DNA of 64,000 nucleotides from Chloroflexota bacterium (GTDB lineage Bacteria; Chloroflexota; Dehalococcoidia; JACPQK01): contig JACPQM010000023.1 in NCBI GenBank assembly GCA_016190505.1, positions 2,877-66,876 on the forward strand. Reading direction: 5' to 3'. The notes beneath the pieces are model-generated. The model did not search any database, was not told the DNA's origin, and saw nothing but the letters and a program-made list of their open reading frames with translations. Position numbers and translations under genes: made by a program. Below, in pieces: positions 20,978 to 28,919 of this stretch (its first letter is position 1; every line of letters starts with the position of its first letter).

Positions 20978-21643
20978 TTGAGGACAGCCCACGGCAAACA
21001 GGTAATGGACAGCCTGGAGGAGGTCGTCGCCCCAGGGCACACGGCCTTGCTCATGCTGGACATGATCAACGACTTCCTGTCCCCCGGTGGCAAGCTGTTC
21101 AACCCCAATGCGACCGACCTGGACCAGGTTCTGGCCATCATACCCCGCACCGCCCAGTTGCTGGAGGCCGCTCGCAAGGCGGGTGCCCTGCCAGTCTATG
21201 TACAGAACACCTTCCTGCCCAAAGGGGCCGACCTACCCGCAGGCTATCTGTATTTCCTGTTCAAGCGCGGTGTCACCCTGGGTGAGCCGCTGCCCACACT
21301 GGAAGGCACCTGGGGTGCCGAGACCATCCCGCAACTGAAGCCGCGGGAGGGCGAGCCCGTAATCACCAAGCGCAGCTACAGCGGCTTTCTGGACACCCGC
21401 CTGGACGCGGTCCTCAAGGCCCACGACGTCAAGACCATCGTTGTCACCGGCGCCTCCAGCTATGGGTGCATCGTGACCACGGCGCTGGAGGGCTTCTGCT
21501 ACGGCTACTATGTCGCCGTGCCCCGGGAGTGCACCGCGGGCACCATCCGGGACTGGCACCAGGCCGCCATGACCCTGATGTCGCCGCTGGTGGTGGACTA
21601 CGAGGACGTGCTCAAAGTGTGGCAGAAGTCTGCCGGTTATTGA
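20978..21643 (+). CDS. Isochorismatase-family cysteine hydrolase
   Basis: Asp-Lys-Cys triad: LDMINDF, ITKRSYSGF, GASSYGC. Confidence 0.93.
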   Translation: MRTAHGKQVMDSLEEVVAPGHTALLMLDMINDFLSPGGKLFNPNATDLDQVLAIIPRTAQLLEAARKAGALPVYVQNTFLPKGADLPAGYLYFLFKRGVTLGEPLPTLEGTWGAETIPQLKPREGEPVITKRSYSGFLDTRLDAVLKAHDVKTIVVTGASSYGCIVTTALEGFCYGYYVAVPRECTAGTIRDWHQAAMTLMSPLVVDYEDVLKVWQKSAGY

Positions 21644-21669
21644 AGGTGGCTCAACGTATGACCAGGGGG

Positions 21670-21918
21670 CGGGTTGCTTCGTCCCGGTGCGCCGGGACTT
21701 TCAATGAGCCGACCGTCCCGTCATTGCGAGCCGCAGCGAAGCAATCTCCAGCCAGTGTGCGCATCAGAAGGTTGCTTCGTCGTCCTTCGCCGGAAGGACT
21801 CCTCGCAATGACGGAATATGGCTTCGTCGCTCTGCTGCTTTCAACGAAACGCGCCATCTCGGTTCATTGCTCTACATTGGGTCCAGACGGGCCGGGACCT
21901 GTAAGACTCGCAACGACA
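21670..21918. repeat. REP-like cluster homologous to 824-1163
   Basis: Shared aggttgcttcgtcgtccttc..ggaaggactcct and cggttcattgctctacattgggtcc..gacctgtaagactcgcaa blocks. Confidence 0.8.
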
Positions 21919-21948
21919 GTTGGATATCATCGTGTAAAGGACAGAACA

Positions 21949-23349
21949 ATGTACGACATACTCATCACCGGTGGCACCGTAGTCTCGCCCCAGGCCAGCG
22001 AGACGTTGGACGTGGCCGTCCAGGGGGGCAAGGTCGTGGCCCTGGCCAAGCCCGGAACCTTGCCCGATGACGCCAAGCGCCAGGTGGACGCCAAGGGGCT
22101 GTACGTGCTGCCCGGAGTCATTGACCCGCACGTCCACAGCTTCTCCCAGTGGCTGGGCCAGAAAATGCCCGGCTTTGGCGTGGACAGCATGGCCGCCGCC
22201 TGCGGGGGCACCACCACCATCATTGACTTCACCTACCCCCACGAGGGAATGACCCTCCAGAAGGCCATAGACGACCGGCGCACCGAGTTCCAGGGGAATG
22301 CCTGTGTGGACTTCTCCCTGCACGCCCGCCCCCATCCCTCCTGGGACATGCTGAAAGAGGTGGACGGGGCCTTCGCCCAGGGCATGCCCAGCTTCAAGAT
22401 ACTGCTCCACGAGAGGGAGGGCGAGCCGCCCGAGGAGGCCCTGTGCTACGCCCTGATGCAGCAGGTGGCCCAACGGGGTGGGCTGGTGGGCATCCACGCC
22501 GAGAACGCCTCCATCTGCAAGCACTTCATCCAGAAGCTGGTGAGCGAGGGCAAGACCGGCACCGAGTGGTTCACCCACTCGCGGCCGGCCGTCGCCGAGG
22601 CGGAATCGGTGAACCGCATGATCTTCTTCGCCGAGCGCACGGGGTGTGCCATATACTTCTTCCACATCAGCGCGGCAGCCTCCCTTGAGCTGATAGCGGC
22701 GGCCCAGGCCCGGGGGCTTGCCGTCTACTGCGAGACCTGCCCCCACTACCTGGTGTTCAACGACGAGGTATACAGCCAGGCCGACGCCATCCAGTTCATC
22801 CGCTTCCCGCCCATCAAGAGCGCGGCGGACCAGGCAGCCCTGTGGCAGGGCGTCCAGAGTGGGAATATCAACTGTATCGGCACGGACCACGTGCCCGCCT
22901 ACCTGTGGTACAAGAAGCAGGCGTCGGAGGGCAAGCCCTTCACAGAGATGCCCGGCGGCATGGGGCAGATTGAGACCACGCTTCAGGTGATGTACACCGA
23001 GGCCGTGGCCAGCGGCAAGATAACGGTGAATCGGCTGGTGGAGATGCTGTGCGCCAACCCCTCCCGCATCTTCGGCCTGTATCCCCGCAAGGGGACCATC
23101 TCCGTGGGCAGCGACGCCGACATCGTGCTCTACGACCCCAAACCCCACCGCAAGCTGACGTCGTCCGACCTGCACATGGGCCTCGACTACACCGTGTTCG
23201 AGGGCCGCACCGTTGTGGGCGCCCCCACCATGACCATCGTTCGGGGCGAGGTGGCCGTGGAGCGCGGCAAGTACGTGGGCACCCCCGGCAAAGGCGAGTT
23301 CCTGAAGCGGGAAATAGGGAAGGAGGTGCTGGGGGGGAAGCTGCGGTAG
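21949..23349 (+). CDS. Dihydropyrimidinase/hydantoinase family cyclic amidohydrolase
   Basis: PGVIDPHVH, GGTTT, SFK, HAEN, ETCPHYL, GTDH, NP..IFGLYPRKG. Confidence 0.9.
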   Translation: MYDILITGGTVVSPQASETLDVAVQGGKVVALAKPGTLPDDAKRQVDAKGLYVLPGVIDPHVHSFSQWLGQKMPGFGVDSMAAACGGTTTIIDFTYPHEGMTLQKAIDDRRTEFQGNACVDFSLHARPHPSWDMLKEVDGAFAQGMPSFKILLHEREGEPPEEALCYALMQQVAQRGGLVGIHAENASICKHFIQKLVSEGKTGTEWFTHSRPAVAEAESVNRMIFFAERTGCAIYFFHISAAASLELIAAAQARGLAVYCETCPHYLVFNDEVYSQADAIQFIRFPPIKSAADQAALWQGVQSGNINCIGTDHVPAYLWYKKQASEGKPFTEMPGGMGQIETTLQVMYTEAVASGKITVNRLVEMLCANPSRIFGLYPRKGTISVGSDADIVLYDPKPHRKLTSSDLHMGLDYTVFEGRTVVGAPTMTIVRGEVAVERGKYVGTPGKGEFLKREIGKEVLGGKLR

Positions 23350-23536
23350 GTGGGCTTGGAGCAAGTGCCGTCATGTGTTGCATGGAGCACGGCTCTAGAA
23401 ACTGAAGCTGCCACGCAGCCGACCGCGACCCGTTGCCTCGGGGGTTCGATGTGCAGGTGTGGTCATTCGTTCCCACTTCGTGCGACAATATGGCTGGCGT
23501 TGTGATGGTTTGTTACATGCCGCAAAGGAGGTGCAG

Positions 23537-24454
23537 ATGAAGTATCGGTGGGTGTCCACCCTTGGCCGTTTTGAACACGCTGATGACCTCATCACCTTTC
23601 GTGGTGCTACGGTAGCTATCGCTGGCAGCGCAGGCCCTGCAATTGGCAACTACATATCCGACCAGCGGTTTTCCGGCGGCTCAATCAGCGCCCAAATTAC
23701 GTTCACGGAGGTCAGTCCACAGAGCGCGTGCGAATTTATCCTCTACTATGACCCTTCGACTCGTGGTTTCGTTACCGCGGGGCTTGGGGGTGGGGGCACC
23801 ATGTTCTCGATCCGCTATTTCTCCGGCTCGTGGGTGAATCATTTCATCACAGGAGACCGGGCAAACCTTCAACCCGGCAAGGCGTATGAGGTTCGCGTTC
23901 TGCTGCAGGGGTCACGCGTTACGCTGACCGTAGACGGCGTGGACGTCGCAGCGTCGCTTCTTCCGTTTCATCTGCCGTCGGGCCAGGTCGGCCTGTGGTG
24001 TCTTGATACGCACGACATCCGAATCCAAGATTTCACCGTCGCCGCCGTACCCTCGAAGGCGTTTGTCATTATGCAGTTTACGTCGCCGTACAATGAACTG
24101 TACCAAGATGTTGTGAAGCCTGTTTGCAGCGCGTTTCAACTGGAACCCATGCGAGCCGATGAAGCCGTTGGTCCCGGGATCATACTAGCGGACATCGTCA
24201 AGCAGATCAATGACTCCAGGGTCATCATCGCTGACGTCTCACCAGCCAACCCGAACGTATACTACGAACTGGGTTACGCCCACGCCCTAAACAAGCCGAC
24301 GATCCTGATCGCGGAGCATGAAACGAAGCTGCCGTTCGATGTATCGCCTTTCCGGGTCCTCTTGTACGAGAATACGATACGCGGGAAGATGCAGATCGAT
24401 GAGGGACTTCGCCGTCATCTGCAGGCTGTGCTATCGGCCTGGGGTGGCGTCTAG
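23537..24454 (+). CDS. Beta-sandwich (DUF1080/ConA-like) plus nucleoside 2-deoxyribosyltransferase/TIR-like domain protein
   Basis: C-terminal AFVIMQF...RADE...IIADVS..NPNVYYELGYAHALNKP..LPFDV; N-terminal all-beta region ending SGQVGLW; SD AAGGAGGT. Confidence 0.7.
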   Translation: MKYRWVSTLGRFEHADDLITFRGATVAIAGSAGPAIGNYISDQRFSGGSISAQITFTEVSPQSACEFILYYDPSTRGFVTAGLGGGGTMFSIRYFSGSWVNHFITGDRANLQPGKAYEVRVLLQGSRVTLTVDGVDVAASLLPFHLPSGQVGLWCLDTHDIRIQDFTVAAVPSKAFVIMQFTSPYNELYQDVVKPVCSAFQLEPMRADEAVGPGIILADIVKQINDSRVIIADVSPANPNVYYELGYAHALNKPTILIAEHETKLPFDVSPFRVLLYENTIRGKMQIDEGLRRHLQAVLSAWGGV

Positions 24455-24456
24455 TC

Positions 24457-24529
24457 GTACGGTGGGTGAAGTGAAAGGGGACCCACCGCAGAGGTAATGG
24501 GGGGCTTCGCTGCGCTACACCCACCCTAC
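24457..24529. repeat. REP doublet (TGGGTGAAGTGAAA..ACCCACC-spacer-CGCTGCGCTACACCCACCCTAC), copy 1
   Basis: Direct comparison with 25915 and 27280. Confidence 0.85.
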
Positions 24530-24563
24530 CGCTGGATGTTAGGTCGCAGAGGGCCTGATCGTA

Positions 24564-24806
24564 TTGGCAAAACCTGTGGTATTCACCCGCCATGCACGGC
24601 GCCGCATGGTTGACCCAGAGCGTGGTATTATCACGGAGGAAGAGGTGCTGTCCATCCTCGCAAATCCGACGGCAAGCTATGTCGGCATTGACGGCAAACA
24701 GAACGTGCTTGGGGAAGTGAACGGGAAACGAGTGCGTGTGTGCTTCGTAGAGGAAGCAGAGCGCCTGTTGGTCATTACCGTAATTAACCGGGGAGCAGGT
24801 AGATGA
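24564..24806 (+). CDS. DUF4258-like putative toxin
   Basis: FTRHARRRM..ERGI.EEEV..VITV; coupled to a DUF2283 gene. Confidence 0.75.
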   Translation: MAKPVVFTRHARRRMVDPERGIITEEEVLSILANPTASYVGIDGKQNVLGEVNGKRVRVCFVEEAERLLVITVINRGAGR

Positions 24807-25060
24807 GGATAGAGTACGACGGTGAAGCTGACGCGGCATACATTCGCCTGTCTGACACGCCCAGCAGCCGCACGGAAGAGGAATCAGACGTTTGTATCGT
24901 AGATCTCGATGCGCAGGGCAACCTGGTTGCCATTGAGTTGCTGTCCGTGTTCGGTTTTGCCGGCGCTTCGCTATATGCTCTCGTGCAGAAGGGACTACTC
25001 TCCAGCCAAGACGCGGAGCGGCTACTTAGCGCCCTACGTAAGGAACTTGTCGCTGCATAG
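24803..25060 (+). CDS. DUF2283 putative antitoxin
   Basis: MRIEYDGEADAAYIRL...DLDAQGNLVAIELL. Confidence 0.85.
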   Translation: MRIEYDGEADAAYIRLSDTPSSRTEEESDVCIVDLDAQGNLVAIELLSVFGFAGASLYALVQKGLLSSQDAERLLSALRKELVAA

Positions 25061-25091
25061 AACCGGGAGCCGCGATTTGGGAGTCAAAGCG

Positions 25092-25331
25092 ATGAGCAAA
25101 GGTGATAGGTATACAAGGCTTGTTGAGTGGTCCGAGGAGGACGGCTGCTTCATTGGGAGCTGTCCCGAGCTGTTCTATGGCGGTTGCCACGGCCCAGACG
25201 CCAAGAGCGTTTTCGCGGAGCTATGCGACATTATCGAAGAGACCATTCAACTCTATGAACAGGATGGCAAGCCCCTCCCCGCCCCCATGTCGGGCCGGGA
25301 GTTCGTCAACGCCATGCAGAGGATTGCGTAG
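25092..25331 (+). CDS. HicB-like antitoxin (orphan)
   Basis: VEWSEEDGCFIGSCPEL..CHG...GKPLP; no adjacent hicA. Confidence 0.8.
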   Translation: MSKGDRYTRLVEWSEEDGCFIGSCPELFYGGCHGPDAKSVFAELCDIIEETIQLYEQDGKPLPAPMSGREFVNAMQRIA

Positions 25332-25371
25332 TAGGGGCGAAGGTGGGTCTCGCTGCGCTACACCACCCTAC
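25331..25371. repeat. REP doublet right half, copy 2
   Basis: gtaggggcg..ggtgggtctcgctgcgctacaccaccctac matches the spacer and right arm of copy 3. Confidence 0.75.
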
Positions 25372-25486
25372 TTCTGCTGGCGCTAGTGGGCCAAATTGGG
25401 CAGGAACGGGCTATTGACAAGATAGCATGGAAGTGCTACATATACAACAGAATCACGATGGAAAGGTTCCCCATGAGGTTCCGTCC

Positions 25487-25837
25487 TTATGGGGAGCTTT
25501 CCTTTTTGTACTCCAACTTTCCTCTCAGGTTGTCTACGAATGCAATTCGGAGGCCGGCGGCCCTCCTCAAGAGATGGGAACACCCGCCCACGCTTGAAGC
25601 CAGAACTATTCCAACTTGCCCATTCTCTGAAGGTAGGTCACCAGGCAGGCAAAGTCACCGTCGCTGGTCACTATGATCGCCTTCTGATATGCATCGAAGT
25701 CAATCATCGCCTGCAAGACCAACTCGGCATCACAGTTGCCCTTTGGCTTACCTCACCACATACCACCCCATCGCTCGTGTGGCCAAGTTAAGGTTCTGGC
25801 CATCTATGAAGGCGTAGTTCTCTTGGGGCTTCTTCAT
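25487..25837 (-). pseudogene. NYN-domain (LabA/DUF88) gene, internally deleted and frameshifted
   Basis: Manual translation gives MKKPQENYAFIDGQNLNL..GW, then in other frames KGNCDAELVLQAMID..AIIVTSDGDF..L and SHLLRRAA..NLRGKLEY..*. Confidence 0.8.
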
Positions 25838-25914
25838 TTGTGTTGTAAAGGCGCACCCTATCGGCGCCTACGGTACTGCTCGGCCACCTTTTGAGTCAAG
25901 GTCTAGCAGCAGTC

Positions 25915-25987
25915 GTAGTCTGGGTGAAGTGAAACGGAACCCACCGTAGGGGCGGTGGTGGGTTTCGCTGCGCTGCACCCACCCTAC
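25915..25987. repeat. REP doublet, copy 3
   Basis: GTAG...CTAC-ended 73-bp imperfect palindrome. Confidence 0.85.
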
Positions 25988-26075
25988 TATCTATTCAGCC
26001 CGACATCATCGGGGGTAGCTTGGTGTAGAATAGGAGAGCGTATTACACTAGTCCGAACGATGAGGGGAGGCCGGC

Positions 26076-26279
26076 ATGGAAGTGGTAACAGTCTCACCCA
26101 AGTACCAGGTGGTGATTCCCCTGAGTGTGCGACGGCTGCTCGGGATACGGCCCGGCCAAAAGGTACAGGTGATCCCCTACGAGGGACGAGTCGAGCTTAT
26201 CCCCGTGAAGCCAGCCAAAGAGATGCGCGGCTTTCTCAAAGGCATTGATACGAGGTTGGAGAATCGGCATGGCGACTAA
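26076..26279 (+). CDS. AbrB/MazE/SpoVT family antitoxin
   Basis: VTVSPKYQVVIP..VR..LGIRPGQKV. Confidence 0.88.
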   Translation: MEVVTVSPKYQVVIPLSVRRLLGIRPGQKVQVIPYEGRVELIPVKPAKEMRGFLKGIDTRLENRHGD

Positions 26280-26595
26280 GACCCTGGACCAACACATTGA
26301 GATCACTGCCGGCGTAGCGGGAGGCAAACCTCGTATTTCTGGGCGCCGCATCACTGTGCAGAGCATTGTGATATGGCACGAGCGGATGGGCAAGAGTCCT
26401 GATGAAATCGCCGCGGAATACGACTTGACGCTGGCAGATGTCCATGCAGCCCTGGCCTACTACTTTGACCATCGGGCCGAGATTGACCAGTCCATCGAGG
26501 ACAGCCAGGCTTTCGTAAAGGCTTTGCGGCGGCGCACTCCATCAAGGCTCAGGCAAAAGCTTCACGAGCGGAAGCTGCGTGGGCCAGAAGATTAG
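26269..26595 (+). CDS. DUF433 antitoxin
   Basis: GGKPRISGRRITV..EIAAEYDLTLADVHAALAYY. Confidence 0.9.
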   Translation: MATKTLDQHIEITAGVAGGKPRISGRRITVQSIVIWHERMGKSPDEIAAEYDLTLADVHAALAYYFDHRAEIDQSIEDSQAFVKALRRRTPSRLRQKLHERKLRGPED

Positions 26596-26911
26596 GTTCT
26601 ATACCGACGAGCACGTTGCCAAGGCTGTGATCAGGGCGCTTCGCCAGCGTGGCGTGGACGTACTTACAGTGCAGGAAGCCGGCATGTCTGGCGCTTCTGA
26701 CAGGGAGCACCTGGAACTGGCTAGGAGGCAAGGACGGGTGGTCTTCACGCAAGACGACGACTTTCTGCGGTTACACGCAGCAGGCGCGGACAATGCCGGG
26801 ATCGTCTACGCGCCTCAGCAGGCTTCAATCGGTGACATTGTCTACGGACTGATGCTGGTCTACCAGGTGCTGGATGCGGGGGACATGGTAGGGCAGGTGG
26901 AGTATCTGTAA
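26579..26911 (+). CDS. DUF5615 PIN-like toxin
   Basis: FYTDEHV..LRQRGVDV..SDREHL..VFTQDDDF. Confidence 0.88.
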   Translation: MGQKIRFYTDEHVAKAVIRALRQRGVDVLTVQEAGMSGASDREHLELARRQGRVVFTQDDDFLRLHAAGADNAGIVYAPQQASIGDIVYGLMLVYQVLDAGDMVGQVEYL

Positions 26912-26921
26912 GTCTTAAGCG

Positions 26922-27173
26922 ATGAGCAAAGGTGATAGGTATACAAGGCTCGTTGAGTGGTCCGAGGAGGGCATCCCGCAGTTGCAAACAGTCAAATATG
27001 TCTACTGGGAAGAAAACGGGGCCTGGATTGGCTATCTCCAGGACTACCCCGATTATTGGACTCAAGGCGAGACCCTCGACGACCTGAAGGAGCATCTGCG
27101 AGACCTCTATCACGACCTGACGAGTGGTGAACTACCGGGCATTCGCAAGGTGGACGAACTAGCCGTCTCATGA
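26922..27173 (+). CDS. Chimeric HicB-like antitoxin
   Basis: First ~16 codons duplicate the 25092 gene; the rest is a different HicB type (YWEE..WIGYLQDYPDYWTQGETL). Confidence 0.75.
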   Translation: MSKGDRYTRLVEWSEEGIPQLQTVKYVYWEENGAWIGYLQDYPDYWTQGETLDDLKEHLRDLYHDLTSGELPGIRKVDELAVS

Positions 27174-27274
27174 GGCGGCTGGACCTGATCAAGACCATCG
27201 AGGGGTTCGGGTGCGTAAACACATCATCAAGATGCTGGGCAACCCACCAGATGGGCTCTGGCTCTGGCCTATAG
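27170..27274 (+). pseudogene. HicA toxin remnant with internal deletion
   Basis: MRRLDLIKTIEGFGCV joined out of frame to KHIIKML; the central catalytic-His region is absent. Confidence 0.7.
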
Positions 27275-27279
27275 ACTGG

Positions 27280-27351
27280 CAACGTGGGTGAAGTGAAACG
27301 GGACCCACCGCCAAGGTACAGGTGGGTTTCGCTGCGCTACACCCACCCTAC
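27280..27351. repeat. REP doublet, copy 4
   Basis: Same arms and orientation as copies 1 and 3. Confidence 0.85.
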
Positions 27352-27368
27352 TTCTGGTGAATGACTGT

Positions 27369-27740
27369 ATGACCAAGGGCATGAAAGACCCAGAGCGCGA
27401 GGACCGGATCACGGAGGAAATCATCGTTGACGCATACGGCCCAGAAGAGCAGGCCATGGGTTGGTACTACTATCTCGAAGACAAGCTGCAATTCCCGTTC
27501 CTTGCCAAATGTGTCGCCGAAAGAGCCGTCTCACCCCTACGCAAAGGGGATGAGGTTGAAGTCCTTAAAATGGCCCTTGAAGATGAATGCGCGCGTGAGA
27601 TGTTTGTGAGCATCCGATGGAAGAAACGCCGACTCGCAGTGCCTTTGTCGCAATTGAAACCCGTCGCCAAGACTGATGAGGTAACAAAGCAAGCCATCGA
27701 AGACTGGCACTACTGGGTCAGCCAAGGGTACGAGTTCTAG
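27369..27740 (+). CDS. CcbP-like 'calcium-binding protein' family
   Basis: REDRITEEIIVDAYGPEEQAMGWYYYLEDKLQFPF..AVPLSQL..DWHYW. Confidence 0.8.
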   Translation: MTKGMKDPEREDRITEEIIVDAYGPEEQAMGWYYYLEDKLQFPFLAKCVAERAVSPLRKGDEVEVLKMALEDECAREMFVSIRWKKRRLAVPLSQLKPVAKTDEVTKQAIEDWHYWVSQGYEF

Positions 27741-27771
27741 CCCCGACCTTCAGGGCGGGATGAGATGATAT

Positions 27772-28077
27772 ATGCCCAAGCACCTTTGGGTACTGGCCTG
27801 TTTGTGGGTAGCCTACGGGGCTGGAGTGGCCTCGCTGGCCACGGCGGCTGGCCTGTGGTACTACTCGTCGAACGCCAGCTCTCCCGTCGCGGTCGAACTC
27901 GTTGCCATAGCGGCGGTCGCGCTGCTGGGCGTCGTGGGCGGTGTTGCTCTGCTGGGGGGCCAGCGCTGGGCGCGCGCCCTGCTAGTGGCGGTGGCTGTCC
28001 CGAATCTTGCCGTTTTCCCGGTGGGTACGGCGCTGGGGGCCTATACGTTCTGGGCGTTTCTGAGGGTCAAGGCGTAG
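27772..28077 (+). CDS. Small membrane protein
   Basis: Hydrophobic segments; FPVGTALGAYTFW C-terminus. Confidence 0.6.
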   Translation: MPKHLWVLACLWVAYGAGVASLATAAGLWYYSSNASSPVAVELVAIAAVALLGVVGGVALLGGQRWARALLVAVAVPNLAVFPVGTALGAYTFWAFLRVKA

Positions 28078-28102
28078 GGGCATGGCGCGCCATGCCCCTA
28101 CG
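28073..28102. repeat. REP palindrome CGTAGGGGCATGGCGCGCCATGCCCCTACG
   Basis: Perfect palindrome; identical copies at 31188 and about 57299. Confidence 0.9.
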
Positions 28103-28219
28103 GGCTGTGCCCTCACCGCTTCGGCAAGCTCGGGGCAAGCTCTCGGCGTCTCCCAAAGGGAGAGGGAAATGCCCGAAGCCTGAAGTCCGGAGCCCGAGGC
28201 CCGTTTCCGGCGGGTAGGG

Positions 28220-28248
28220 TTGACCTTCGCTTCTCGCGCTGCTACAAT
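28220..28248 (+). promoter_or_regulatory. Putative promoter of the acs operon
   Basis: TTGACC-N17-TACAAT with extended -10 TG. Confidence 0.65.
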
Positions 28249-28306
28249 ACAAAATTGGTTCTGCCTTGATCATATCCAAGACACGTCTGGGCGCTTTCAG
28301 GGATAG

Positions 28307-28350
28307 GCCTCTGCCCATGTGGAGTCCTAAAGGGGGAGAGGCTTTTTTTT
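28307..28350 (+). terminator. Intrinsic terminator inside the 5' leader (candidate attenuator)
   Basis: GCCTCTGCCC / GGGGAGAGGC stem followed by T8, between the promoter and first start codon. Confidence 0.6.
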
Positions 28351-28371
28351 GCCCAGCGAAAGGGGTGAGCG

Positions 28372-28887
28372 TTGTCTAAGGCACCGGTGAAGTTCTTCCG
28401 CAACACTGAGCATGCCCAGAACGCCCTTAAAGAGCTGACGGCCCACGGATACAAGCCGGAAGAGATCGGCGTGCTCACACGGGACCGGCCTGGGGCCGAG
28501 GCCTTCGTGGCTGGCAAAGGCCCTGTGGTCCGTGATGTCATGGTCACCAATATCGGCCCAGTCCTGGCCACGGGACCGCTGGCCGAGGCGCTCAAGACCG
28601 TGAGCAACGGCGATGCGGGGGAGGTCCTGGCCAAGGTCGCCGAGCTGCCGGAAGGGCGCATCGGCTTCTACCAGTTCGGCCTGGCCACTGGCGGCGTGCT
28701 CATCAGCGTGCACGCCGAGGGCAAGCGGGCCGAAGAGGCCCGGACTCTGCTTCGCCAGCTCGAGACCGCTACCATTGGCACCACCGGACAGACCTGGGTC
28801 AACTGCCCCAGCTTCGTGGGTGGGAACCGCATGACGGAGACGAATCCCAGAGATGCCGAGATGACAGGAGACTTCCGCCGCTACTAA
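28372..28887 (+). CDS. Hypothetical protein, general-stress-protein (YflT)-like
   Basis: A..AL.EL..HGY..EEIGVL, GPVLATGPLA, GGVLISVH; first gene of the acs operon. Confidence 0.7.
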   Translation: MSKAPVKFFRNTEHAQNALKELTAHGYKPEEIGVLTRDRPGAEAFVAGKGPVVRDVMVTNIGPVLATGPLAEALKTVSNGDAGEVLAKVAELPEGRIGFYQFGLATGGVLISVHAEGKRAEEARTLLRQLETATIGTTGQTWVNCPSFVGGNRMTETNPRDAEMTGDFRRY

Positions 28888-28919
28888 GCGGGTCCGATAA
28901 TTTTGGGAGGTAGAGTGAA

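Noticed and set aside
24457-27351. Integron attC array or CRISPR array
   Set aside because: The repeats end in CTAC rather than RYYYAAC/GTTRRRY, are separated by whole genes, and no intI or cas gene is present.
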